DNA of 64,000 bases from Chiloscyllium plagiosum. Lineage: Eukaryota. Of this stretch, positions 51,144 to 63,290 are shown piece after piece. A program made the translations under genes and the position numbers. The first letter of the stretch is position 1. The number at the start of each line of letters is the position of its first letter. The stretch is from positions 7,297,992-7,361,991 of the forward strand of contig NC_057739.1 of the NCBI RefSeq assembly GCF_004010195.1, read 5' to 3'. Under the pieces are notes generated by a model. The model saw only the letters and a program-made list of their open reading frames with translations. It was not told the DNA's origin and searched no databases.

Positions 51144-53018
51144 CCACCAACCCTGTCTCTCTCTACCCCCCCGCCCCCCCCTTGCACGTTTGCCTTCATT
51201 TTGTCTCTTACCCCTCTCAATGTTCTGTTACATTTCATTCAACTTGACAAGAGATCACAATTCTTTCCCTTTGCTGATTTGGGCTTGAAATTTCCTTATG
51301 AACTGATCTCACATTGATTGCCTCAATTCCTGTTCCCTGTCTTTCTCCCCTCCTCCGCGCTCCCTCCCTCCCTGTCCCTCGTTCTCTCACTTTCGCCTTC
51401 CCTTTGTCTCTTCCAGTCTCAATGTGTTGTTAAAGCTCATTCAACTCTACAATAGATCACGATTCTTTCCTTTTGCTGATCTAGGTTTGAAATTTCCTCT
51501 TGAATTGCTCTCACATTGATTGCCTCACTTCCTGCTCCTGTTTTTGGTTCGTCACCCTCTCCTCCTGAGTCCACATTCCGCAGCTCTCCCAGAAACTATC
51601 ATCCGATCTTTCTCTCAGACACAAAAACAGACAGTAGCATGTGACGTCCAAGTTAAAAATGACCCCAAAAATGAATTCTTTGGGATTAAAACAGGGTAAG
51701 GTTTATCCCTGCATTTGAAGCCCAGGGAAGTGATTTGTGACACAGATTCTTGCAATCCTGTAAGAAGGTTGTAGTGGTGCAGTATAGTGCCGTGCCTGCT
51801 GGGCTAATGGTTCCTTGGTCCACATCCCACTGCTCCAGAGGTATGTAACAATATCTCTGAACAGGTAGATTGCAAAATATCACACAGCCCTGTATAAAAG
51901 AAAGCAAACAGAAAGAACAGAAGTCACAAATTACTTAAAATCAAAGATATTGGAATTTGTTCACCTGAATTAGAGTCCATTAAGTCCATGCATGGTTGAG
52001 GTTCTTCCAGCTGGCTGTATGCAGACATCGCTTTCATAGGAGCGTAGATGCAGTCCGATTGCTGACGGTGCATTAGCTGTTTACAGGCGAAAAGCAGGTT
52101 TCTTTTGAGAGATATTGAAATCATCGCCAAGCATTTAGCTCAGCCCGACTACTTTTCTTGTTGTATGTATATTCGCTCATGAGATTTGAGCGCTGCTAGC
52201 CAGGCCAACATTGGTATTGACCGCAGAGCAATTGAAAGTCAACCACATTGCGGTATCCCATGTAAAGGTGGGATAAAGATCAGGTAAAGATGGAAGGTTC
52301 CTTCCCTAAAGGGAATCAGTGACCCTAGTGAAAAATCCTCAAATATTGTCATGAAGTTAAGTAAGATATGGTGATTGTTGATGCAGTGGCTTATCAGAAA
52401 ACAAAAGTTTGTTTGTCCCATTGTTATATCTCAGATGATTTAATTGAGCTGTTTTTATTATTCTAGTAGTTTATTTCTATTCTGTAATATCAACTGCCCT
52501 TAGTCCTGTGTGAATTAAATGGCTTAGCAGTTAAGAAGCTAAAGGAAAACATTTGCCTTAAATGTTTGTTTTTATGCCTTATTCTCCATCAGCAGGCATT
52601 TTCTTTTCTGAAATATATTCCTGGGATTTGGTGACATTGATGAGGCTGCACTTAATGCTCAATGAAGTTATGGTTATCTTTTTCACTAAATTACTGTTTT
52701 CCTCTCACTGATGGTTCTCTTACAGCAGTGAATTTGGTCAGAAATTTCAGGGTATTGATTCAAAATGTTAAAATATATCCATGTCGGACTATGTAGTGAT
52801 TGACTGATGGTGTTTCCATGACCTCAGTCAATTGTGTGAACATCTGAAAACTAATCCTTCTTTAGTTATAGTTTCCTGAGCTCGGTTCAACCTAGTCAGG
52901 TGATCAACAGCAACCATTTCAGTTCAGCATTTGTTCTTTTCAAAACCATTTTTAGTTCATGAGCAATCGGTGATATTAAAATCAAATGAGGGATGTCAAA
53001 CATTGGTAATCCATGTTT

Positions 53019-54690
53019 GCGATTATTGTAACAAGTTAGATAAAGAGAAGCACTCCCCCGGAACCCAGTTACACACTGAAATTGACACCTACTATGACTA
53101 ATGTGGTCCAGTTAAAAGCACCATGCAGCATATTGCACACGGGTAGATATGAAGGCTAGAATATTGTCAAGCTTTAGTCACTAATATATCAACACTGGCT
53201 GCTGCCCGTTCTCCCTGGCACTGGCTGGGCGGCGCTGCCGTTCTCACTGTCACTGGCTGGGCGACGCTGTCGTTCTCCCTGGCACTGGCTGGGCGGTGCT
53301 GCTGTTCTCCCTGGCACTAGCTGGGCGGTGCTGCCGTTCTCCCTGGCACTGGCTGGGCGGTGCTGCCGTTCTCCCTGGCACTGGCTGGGCGGTGCTGCCA
53401 TTCTCCCTGGCACTGGCTGGGTGGCACTGTCGTTCTCTCTAGCTGGGCGGCGCTGCTGTTTTCCCTGGCGCTGTCGGCCTCACCGGCACTGGCTGGGCGA
53501 CGCTGCCGTTTTCCCTGGCGCTGCCGTTCTCCGTGGTGCTGTCGGCCTCACCGGCACTGGCTGGGCGGCGATGTCGGCCTCACCGGCACTGGCTGGGCGG
53601 CGATGTCGGCCTCACTGGCACTGGATGGGCGGCACTATTGGCCTCATCCGCACTGGCTGGGTGGCGCTGCCATTCTCTCTGGCGCTGTCGGCCTCACCAA
53701 CACTGGCTGGGCGGCAATGTCGGCCTCACTGGCACTGGCTGGGCGGCGATGTCGGCCTCACTGGCACTGGATGGGCGGCACTATTGGCCTCATCCGCACT
53801 GGCTGGGCGGCGCTGCCGTTCTCCCTCGCAGTGGCTGGGCGGCGCTGCCGTTCTCCCTCGCGCGATTATTGTAACAAGTTAGATAAAGAGAAGCACTCCC
53901 CCGGAACCCAGTTACACACTGAAATTGACACCTACTATGACTAATGTGGTCCAGTTAAAAGCACCATGCAGCATATTTGGCACACGGGTAGATGTGAAGG
54001 CTAGAATATTGTCAAGCTTTAGTCACTAATATACCAACACTGGCTGCTGCCCATTCTCCCTGGCACTGGCTGGGCGGCGCTGCCGTTCTCACTGTCACTG
54101 GCTGGGCGGTGCTGCTGTTCTCACTGTCACTGGCTGGGCGGTGCTGCTGTTCTCCCTGGCACTGGCTGGGCGGTGCTGCCGTTCTCCCTGGCACTGGCTG
54201 GGCGGTGCTGCCGTTCTCCCTGGCACTGGCTGGGCGGTGCTGCCATTTTCCCTGGCACTGGCTGGGCGGCGCTGTCGTTCTCACTAGCTGGGTGGCGTTG
54301 CTGTTCTCACTGGCACTGGCTGGGCGGCGCTGTCGGCCTCACCGGCACTGGCTGGGAGACGCTGCCATTTTCCCTGGCGCTGCCGTTCTCCGTGGTGCTG
54401 TTGGCCTCACCGGCACTGGCTGGGCGGCGATGTCGGCCTCACCGGCACTGGCTGGGTGGCGCTGCCATTCTCTCTGGCGCTGTCGGCCTCACTGGCACTG
54501 GCTGGGCGGCGATGTCAGCCTCACTGGCACTGGCTGGGCGGCAATGTCGGCCTCACTGGCACTGGCTGGGTGGCGCTGCCGTTCTCCCTGGCACTGGCTG
54601 GGCGGCGCTGTCGATCTCATTGGCACTGACTGGGCAGCACTGTGATTCTCACTGGCACTGGCTGGGTGGCGCTGCCACTCCCACAGCCAG
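53019..54690. repeat. 843-bp tandem duplication; each copy is about 190 bp unique sequence plus a 32-bp GC-rich minisatellite
   Basis: gcgattattgtaacaagttagataaagag... starts at 53019 and 53862. Units are ttctccctggcactggctgggcggtgctgccg and gtcggcctcaccggcactggctgggcggcgat. Confidence 0.95.
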
Positions 54691-54694
54691 TGAC

Positions 54695-54800
54695 AAAGAA
54701 GCCGAAAAGTCATATCAGACTTGAAACATTAACTCTGTTTCTATCTGCACAGTTGCTGCCAGACGTACTGAGTTTCTCCAGCATTCTCTGTGTTTGTATT
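54695..54800 (+). mobile_element. Family-B PLE terminal remnant
   Basis: cttgaaacattaactctgtttct..gctgccagacgtactgagtttctccagcatt. Similar remnants near 10265, 17460, 28965, 30850 and 45430. Confidence 0.65.
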
Positions 54801-55782
54801 TAGAGATTATGCATGGGGATTGCTGGAATTGGAGTGCAGTGATGATATTGCAGGATTCATAATGCAGACTGATGCTGTGGAGACATGAGTCCAAATCTCC
54901 TTGCAGCAGCTGAGTGCATTTAAATAGTTATCGGCGATTTAAACCTGGAATGAAAGGCTGCCCTCACTAATGAGCGTGAAGCTGCGAGCTGAAACAAAAA
55001 CTCACCTGGTTCCCCCATGTCTGTTGGGGAAGGAAATCTAACCTTACACACTGGGGCCTACTCATGATTCCAGGACCACAGTAATGCACTTCACCCATAA
55101 CTGCCCTTTTGTAATGGCTGTGAGGCTCATGGTTGATTTCAAAAAGACGGCTCTCTATCAGCCTTTTGAGGACAAGGGGCAGTAGGCATGATCTTTGCCA
55201 GCAAAGCCTACATTCACTGGATGGGATTTTCTCAAAGGTTACTGGTAATGTGAATAAGTAGTTTGACAAACAACTTGAGGTAAGGTAAGCTGCTGCTGCA
55301 TGTTGTTTAATGTGGATAAGGGTTAGTTTCGCATTTTGGAAGCCATTGGAGCACATTTCGGTGGGTGAAGGTTGCGGATGAAAAGCGGCTCCAAGTGCAG
55401 AATTCTTTGAACGTTCAGGTACAGGTTAATTAGACAAAAACAAAGACTGGTGACATTTTGAATTTTATTAGTAGGAGTGTGTAGTAAGAGAGGTAAGAGC
55501 AAAGGGATTGAGAAGTACTTGATGGATTATTGAATGCTGTGAACATCGCTGTATCGTTCTCTAATTTTGGTTGCCTTATTCAAGCAGAATTGTAGATTCT
55601 CACTTTTGTTGGGTCAATTATTTTAGCATTGGAATAAGGGTCAAAAAGGCATAAATGGAAACAGCAGTAGGTCATTCGACCTTCAGGTGTGCTTTCACAA
55701 TCAGTAAGATTATAGCTGATCTATTTCAGCTCCACCTTGCTGCAGTAACCCCATATCCCCTTTGTAGACAAAAATCCATAGA

Positions 55783-55878
55783 TGGAGAAAGTGAGGACTG
55801 CTGATGCTGGAGATCAGAGTCAAGGGAGTGGTGCTGGAAAAGCACAGCAGGTCAGGCAGCATCTGAGGAGCAGGAACA
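55783..55878 (-). mobile_element. Family-A PLE terminal fragment
   Basis: ggagaaagtgaggactgctgatgctggagatcagag..ctggaaaagcacagcaggtcaggcagcatc; another copy at 56752-56815 (+). Confidence 0.8.
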
Positions 55879-55959
55879 CTTGAATATAGTCAGCAACTGA
55901 GCCTCAACAGCCATGTGCGGTAGAAAATTTCCAAGATTCATCAACCTTTAAGTGAAATC

Positions 55960-56280
55960 TTGTAGGGATAGTGATGTCCTTCTCACTAACCTACTAATCC
56001 AGAGATCCAGGTAATGTTCTGGAACGCCGGGTTTGAATCCTGCCATGGCAGGTGATGGAATTTGAATTCAGTAAAAACCTGGAATAAAGAGTCTAATGAC
56101 CATGAAACTGCTGGACGTTTAGAGAAAACCTATTTGGTTCACTAATGCTCTTCGGGAAGGAAACTGCCATCCTTTCCTGGTCTGGCCAAATGTGACTGCA
56201 AACCTACAGCTGGTTTATTGCTGAATTAGCAATGCAAGCGGACCTAGCCAGTGACCCCACATTCAGTGAATTAGAAAGAA
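55960..56280 (+). mobile_element. Second tRNA-derived SINE family
   Basis: B-box-like gggtttgaatcctgccatggcag, ggaatttgaattca, ggaaggaaactgccatcc. Related copies at about 17160-17430 (-), 33410-33680 (+), 45080-45400 (-) and 54830-55220 (+). Confidence 0.65.
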
Positions 56281-57827
56281 ATCATTTCAATTGAGTCCAA
56301 AGTGGCCAACCGTTTATTTTGGGACTGTGACCCTGTGTTCTCTGTTCCCCAGCTAGAGGGAGTCTTCTCACAGCATTACTCCTGTCGAACCCATCACAAT
56401 TTGCATTTCAATGGGATCATCTCAGCTTTCAAATAATATAGACCTTGTTGTCTTAGTTTCTGCTTGTACCTTTATCCTAAGAATCTTTCTGGAGAACTTC
56501 TGAACCTTCAAGGGTTAACGTGGCCTTACGATGGTAAGGAGATAAAACCTGCACATTGTACTCTGGTTAAGACCCTATCAGTGTAAAACCTATCATCTAT
56601 ATGTCATTGTTAAGACTTTTTCACTCTTATACATCAACCCAATAAATTATCTTTCAGACTGATAGCATTTGCTTTCCATGGAAGGTTTTTAAATCCCAAT
56701 CAATGTAAACAAAACCATAACTTCCCCATGTAATTGGTAACGTGTAAGGCAAGAACGTCGATTTCGCTGCTCGTTGGATGCTGCCTGAACTGCTGTGCTC
56801 TTCCAGCACCACTGATCCAGAAGTATACAGGGTCTGTTTAACTGAAGCAGGTACAACAGAGCTTTCTTCAAACAGCTTAATGGCTGGTTAATGTGTCTTG
56901 CATCTATGAATATTAACTGTTGTTTTTGAAATGTATTCATGTTCCAGCATATTAAAGGAAATGAAAGAAAGGATTCAGTGAATAAATGAATATTTCATTT
57001 TGAAGTAATTCAAGTGGGGAGAAAATGCAAGAATTTTTCCCCTCTGTTCTGTCAGAATCAGAATGGCAAATTATCATTTCTTTGAAAATGAACATTGATT
57101 TTGAATATCAGCATCTATCTGACCTGTGACCTTTTGTTTTTATTGCTGTTGCTTGTTTTTAAATTGTGCGTAATTACACCTTAGTTACACCTTGTGAGCA
57201 GATATTAAAAGGTTGCAATCAAGAGTTATTTAGAATTAGTTTGGCAATCAGTGTGATCATTCTGGAAACGTCAGTGCTACATTGAGAAATGAGCAGCCTG
57301 AGCAATGCCTTCGACCACAGGAATGGTCTGTCATTGCTGTGCTTTGATCATTTGTATCTGGACTTGCAGCCTTGGTTTTGAGAGTTGGTATTTCTATATT
57401 TCTCTTTTCCATCAATATTTTCACCTTTTGTGGGAGAATGTCATTGCCTGTATTCATATGGAATCCTAAAGCTTTACAACATAGAAACAGACCCTTCGAC
57501 TGGCTGAGATCAGGTTAGAGAGTCAAATCCTTTTGTGGCTTCTCCTCCTTTGGCCAACAGTGACATTCCAAGCTTATAATTTAAGGCTAATTGTTTTGTA
57601 AATGGATGAATGGAAATTGTATTGCAGTGAGAATGCTGGATTGATCATCTGCAGCTTGAAGGCTCTATTGTGTGCAATGATTCTGCGTTTATCCTTCTCC
57701 CAGTTATAGAATCTATGTCTAAAAGTACTTGCTTCAATCCTCAGGCAAGACTTTTCCCCTTACTCTATGATGAAGCTTCCCTTTATCATTGTTGTGATGT
57801 TTCATTTGATAGCAGCAATGCATTGTT

Positions 57828-59150
57828 TAGAGTCAAAGAGTTGTACAGTATGAAAACAGACTCTTTGGACCAACTCATTCATGCAGACCACATATCTTAA
57901 ATTAATCTAGTCCCATTTACCAGTATTTTGCCCATATCCTTCAACCTTTCCTATTCAAATAACCAACCAGATGGCTTTTAAATGTTGCAACTGTATCAGC
58001 CTTCACCATTTTCTCTGGCAGTTCATTCCATGCATGGACTGTCCTCTGCATGAAGAAATTATCACTTAGGTCCCTTTTAAATCTTTTCTCTCTCACTTTA
58101 AATCTAATTTTGGACTCCCCTACCCTGGGGAAAAAGACATTGGGTATTCACAATTTTATAAACCTCGATAAGGTTCTCAGCCTCCAATGCTCCAAGGTAA
58201 ATAGGCCCAGTTTTTCAGCCTTTCCCTGTAGCTCAAACCCTCCAACCCTGGCAACGTCTTTGTCAATCTTTTCTGCACCCTTTCAAGTTTCACAATGTCT
58301 TTCCTATGGCAGGAAGACCAGAATTGAATGCAGTATTCCAAAAGTGGCCTAACCAATGTCCTGTAAAGCCACAAAATGACATCCCAACTCCTATACTCAA
58401 TGTACTGACCAATAAAGGCAAGTGTACCAAATGTTGTGATCACTACCCTATCTGCCTGTGACTCCACCTTTAAGGAACTATGAACCTACACACCAAGATC
58501 TGTACCACAAGATCTCATTGTTTGGCAACACTCCCTCGGAGGCGAAAGTGAGGACTGCAGATGCTGGAGATCCGAGTCAAGATTAGAGTGGTGCTGGAAA
58601 AGCACAGCAGGTCAGGCAGCATCCGAGGAGCAGGAAAATCAATGTTTTGGGCAAAAGCCCTTCCTGGTTAAGGGCTTTTGCCCAAATCGTCGATTTTCTT
58701 GATCCTCGGATGCTGCCTGACCTGCTGTGCTTTTCCAGCACCACTCTAATCATCCTGCCCTGATTTGCCTTACCTAAATGCAACATCTCACATTTATCTA
58801 AATTAAATTCCATCTGCCACTCATCGGCCCATCTGCTCAAGGTCTTATTGTACTCTGAGGTAACTTTCTTCACTGTACACTATGCCATCAATTTTGGTAT
58901 CATCAGCAAATTTACTTATTATTCCTCCTACATTGACATCCAAAACATTTATATAAATGTCAAAAAGCAGTGGACTCAGCACCAATCCTTGCAGCACACC
59001 GCTGGTCATAACTCTCCAGTCCGAAAAACAACCCTGCACCACTACTCTCTCTGTCCTACCTTCAAGACAATTTTATGTCCAAATGGCTTGCTCTCCTAAA
59101 TTCCGTGTGATCTAACCTTGCTAACCAGTCCACCTTGTTGAATGCCTTGC
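57828..59150 (-). mobile_element. CR1 LINE 3' fragment with PLE insertion
   Basis: SGVLQGLVLSPLLFDIYIN..SKFADDTKI; LVRPLLEYCIQFWS..LERVQKR; tail at about 57830. Confidence 0.92.
58539..58752. mobile_element. Palindromic family-A PLE mini-element
   Basis: gattagagtggtgctggaaaagcacagcagg... (58581-58663) is inverted against ...cctgctgtgcttttccagcaccactctaatc (58670-58751), with loop cctggtt. Confidence 0.87.
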
Positions 59151-62100
59151 AATAAGAACCAAATTGCAAGTGACTCCTTCGTTAGAAATGCATTCCTTTT
59201 TTAAACTACAGAGCATATCATCCAAGTAACTGCAACAAGGAACCATTCAGAGAAATTTCTCCATTCTACCCTGGCTGACTTTGCTGATTTGGTACATGAG
59301 GGCTCCATGAGAAGGAATAGCCACAATTAATTCTACCCCGAGTTCACCTGCAACCCAAAATGGTAACTGTGCTGTTACTAATCACAATTAGGACCAAGCA
59401 TCGTTGTGCTACATTATGTTTTCCTTTTTATCTATTTGATGGCATTTGCATTATTCTGTGAAATTTTTTTGTGTTGTAATGTTTTTCTCGCTATCAAGAG
59501 GTATGCATGCTGTTTGTCTATGACATAGTGCTGTGCATACGACTGTTAAATTATCCGGATCTTTGTTTTGCAGGCCTGATATTTCTGCTTAATGCAGATC
59601 CATCTAATTTCCAATAATCTAATATTTCACAAAGAGTATAAAAAAAATTGTCCCCTCTTATTGATTCTTTCAGAACTTACAGATCACCTGACTCTTAATT
59701 TTGTGGTTTATGCTTCCACGGCAAGGAAATCTCTTTCAATTTTTTTGCTTCCCAACATCAATCCTAATTTGATTGTTGTCAGTTTTGACTCTGTCACTCC
59801 CATCATCATGATTGAGTTTGAAATAGCCAGGCTTATCAGTACTGTTTGCAACCTTGATTCCTGGGCAAAAGATCAATAGGTTGTGAACTGATATATCCAG
59901 ACATTGATCAATGGAGAGTGTTGCCCACTGGTTAGTTATCTGGTTTACTCTGGTTCCAGAACACAAATAACTCCTTGTCTCCATTTGTGATATCTTTAGC
60001 CCTAATTCATCGAATCATAAAATACAGGAGGCTTTTCCACCCTTCGGATCTGAACTGTTCTTTAAAGGAACCACCAAGTTAGTCTTGTTTCCTTGGGCTT
60101 TATCTGTGGCCCTGAAATTGTCTCCTTTTCAAGTACAGTGCTTACGTCCAATTACTATTCAATTTGCTTAAATGATTATTTGCTGAGTAAGAAAAGATTT
60201 ATTTCTTTTAGGTGAAGACTTGCTGAATTGCTCCAACAATTTTGGTTTTTACTTCAAAGCCATAATATTGAATGCCCTGTTAAATCTTCCTTGCTGTAAG
60301 CAGAAGAATTGAAACTTCTGTAGTCTTTCCACATAACCAGATTCTCTCTCAAACTTAGAACAGTATCAGTAATTAGTGTTTAATTGCCAATTTTTTCCTG
60401 ACTTGTTTGTTAAAGTTTGTACCCACTATCATTAGTTATCTTGTTATTCACTTGACCACACCATCTACTCTTGGGAGAACTCTAGGGAGGAGAGCAGTTA
60501 CCTCATTTATGGCAGATTCACTGTTCTGCTGTAACTAGATGTTAGAGTTGGTAAGAGTGGATAAGAGGGATTCTTGTATTTGTTTTCCTTATCCTTCCAG
60601 TCTTGGGAAATGGTAGGTGTTGAAGTATCGAACTCTGGCTCATCATTGATGCTTAAAAGCACAGATGTGCTGGAACTCTTTCCATAAATCTTGTCCTCAC
60701 CACTCTTTACCACGATCTTTCCTGCTGAACTATTCCAGTTCACTATAGACTACTCCTTTTGCATGTGCTTTGTAAAACAATAGAATATGTTAATTTCTTC
60801 ATCTATTTCCTTTCCCTTTTCTATAGAATAGTACTTCATTACTGATTTGTGTTCTTCCACCCTCACCCAATCAACTAACTAGCCAATTGCTCTAGTTTTC
60901 TTTTCAGTTTAGAATTTAGAATTAGCTTTATTGTCACATGTACTCACATGAGGACAGTGAAATGTTTACAAGTCGCCACTTATGGTGCCATCTTAGGTAC
61001 AAAGGTACCTAAGTACAGATTCTTAAGTACAAGTACTGAGGAAAAAGAAAGAAAAATAAGGAAATAAAAAGTCCAGTATTACAGATCTTCAAAAGTACAA
61101 AGTCATGATAATAAATTAGAAAAATAAGGAAATAAAAAGTTTAGAATAACAGTCCTTCCACGATAATATAATATTTTATAAAAAACTTTTTAAAAAAGGA
61201 CAATTTAAGACCAAGTCAATCCTAGTCCATTTCAGAGTGTCTGGGCTCAAGGACCTGAGCTCTCCTTGGAATCCCAGGCCAGACTGCTGAAGGGAAAAAA
61301 ACCATATGGAGTCACAACTCTGAGACTGACAAAAACTGCCTCCGAAGCCACTGAAAGAGGTCCCAGGCTGCCATAGCCACCAACAAGGTGTCCCAGATTG
61401 GTCATTGGAGTCTGGGGAATGGATCCATCTCATCTTCAGCCATCGCCTAAGTAGCTTAGTTGAAGGCCCCACTAGGAGTCAGCCACGACCAGATACATAC
61501 CCCATTCTCCACTGCAGCAGCCTCCCAGAACCTCCTTCCTTACCAAAGCCACCAAAAGAAGGGAAGATGAACTTCTTGTTTAAAAAATAATTTAAAAATG
61601 AGATGGCAATTGGGTGCCAAGGAGGTAGAGGGGTTAGGAGGAATCCTCATACATGTGGGAACTCTGTAAGGTCATTGTTGAGTACAGCTGATTTGGAATG
61701 GAGAGACAGGGTATGGGAACACTGGCCAGGAGGTTGAGCTTGTGGTTTTGTTTTGGTGATTACATTAACCTGTTCTGTAAGAGGAAACAACACTGGTACA
61801 GCTTTCCTTGGGTCACTGTTGGTGAAACGTTTAAGTTCCTCTTCACCACTGTCACCATCACAGTTGTCGTGATGTGCCTGGATTTATGTAGTTATGGAGT
61901 GAGAGACTGGTGGCAGCATTGCCTTCATCAATGGTGAGGACACAATCTGTCAAAACATTTTACTTTCCTCCGGTAACAAATGGCAAACTGGCCCTTATTC
62001 AGATTAATTGGTGCCAAGAACTTAATTTTGCACAAAAGAAATGCAATTATTGGGAAAATTCTGAACAGATCAGCCCTCTGATAGCTTTCAGAGCTTAGAT

Positions 62101-62613
62101 CCATCTGGGATCAGATCAGTTCAGGATCTGTGACGGGCAGGTAGAGTGGGGCTGGTGTATGATGGGATGGTGTTGGTGTGTGTGTGTCGAGATTCTGTAG
62201 TAAAAGGACCTGGAAGTTGGAGCTCCAAACCTGACTCCCCGAATCGGTTGTGGATAGCACTAACCAAGACCATTTATTACAGTTTTAGCTAGACCTGTCG
62301 CGGCTTAGTGACAGATGCACCTACTTACCTTGAAAATTAGCCTTCACAAAGCTGGTGACCGAAATGAATTAGCAAAGACCAGTTGCAGCAGCCAGGTGTG
62401 ACAGATAGATGTTACAAATAACTATGAGAGAAAAATATTGCCTCTAATCAAGTATATCTAAAACATTTATAGTTGGCCTGAGTATATATTTAGACATCCT
62501 TTAAATATAAGTTCTTCACATTATTCACACAGACAAGACTTTTTATCAGTCCCTCAATGACACATGCTATTATTTTGAGGATATGTTTTCCTGCACACCC
62601 TTCAATTTTTTTT

Positions 62614-62872
62614 TTAGATTAGATTCCCTTCAGTGTGGAAACAGGCCCTTTGGCCCAACAAATCCACACCAACCCTCCGAAGAGTAACCCACCCAGTTCC
62701 ATTTCCCTCTGACTAATGCACCTTACACTATGGGCAATTTACCTGACCTGTACATCTTTGGACTGTGGGAGGAAACCCACGCAGATACTGGGAGAATGTG
62801 CAAACTCCACACAGATAGTCGCCTGAGGCTGGAATCAAACCTGGGACCCTGATGCTGAGCCACCGTGCCGCC
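62614..62872 (-). mobile_element. HE1 V-SINE with internal deletions
   Basis: ttagattagattccct..., V-domain and head remnant. Confidence 0.9.
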
Positions 62873-62909
62873 ACATTGCCACTGCTTTCTCTGTTTCAAC
62901 ATTAGTCAC

Positions 62910-63290
62910 GTTATAATGAGGGATATTCTCATCTTGAGTCCGAAGGCTGTGGCTTCAAACTCCAGTCCAGAAAATAGAGTACAAAAATCTGACGCGCAGT
63001 ATGATGCAGAGAGAACATAATGCTGTCTGTCGGGTCCCATCTGCCCATTTTTAAGAGTGTAAAAGATTCTTTTGAAGAGAGCAGAGATGTTGTCTCTAGT
63101 GTCATGGCTGAATATTAATCTCTCAACATCATAAAAAAAATTGTGCTTTTGTTATCACATTGTGTCTGAAGACTTTACTGTGTGTAAATTGTCTGCTGTG
63201 TTTCTGAAAACAGCAGAGACCACACTTTGAAAGTTCTTCATTGGCCATAAATCAGATTGGGCAGTCCTAAGATTGTAAACAGCAAGTATT
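62910..63290 (+). mobile_element. Deu-domain SINE, degenerate
   Basis: tgagtccgaaggctgtggcttcaaactccagtccaga...ttatcacattg..tgtgtgtaaattgtctgctgtgttt; resembles 21620-22040. Confidence 0.55.

Noticed and set aside
50166-51317. Longest ORFs (PSLC, QREG, SL, DRER repeats)
   Set aside because: Artefacts of the 12-bp repeat and the N gap.
53190-54690. CRISPR-like periodic array with a conserved core and variable parts
   Set aside because: The variable parts are variants of one 32-bp unit, not unique spacers. There are no cas genes and the context is a vertebrate intron, so it is a minisatellite.
53328-54724. ORFs of 110-194 aa (LALAGRRCRPHWHWLGG...)
   Set aside because: Translations of the GC-rich minisatellite, open in several frames on both strands.
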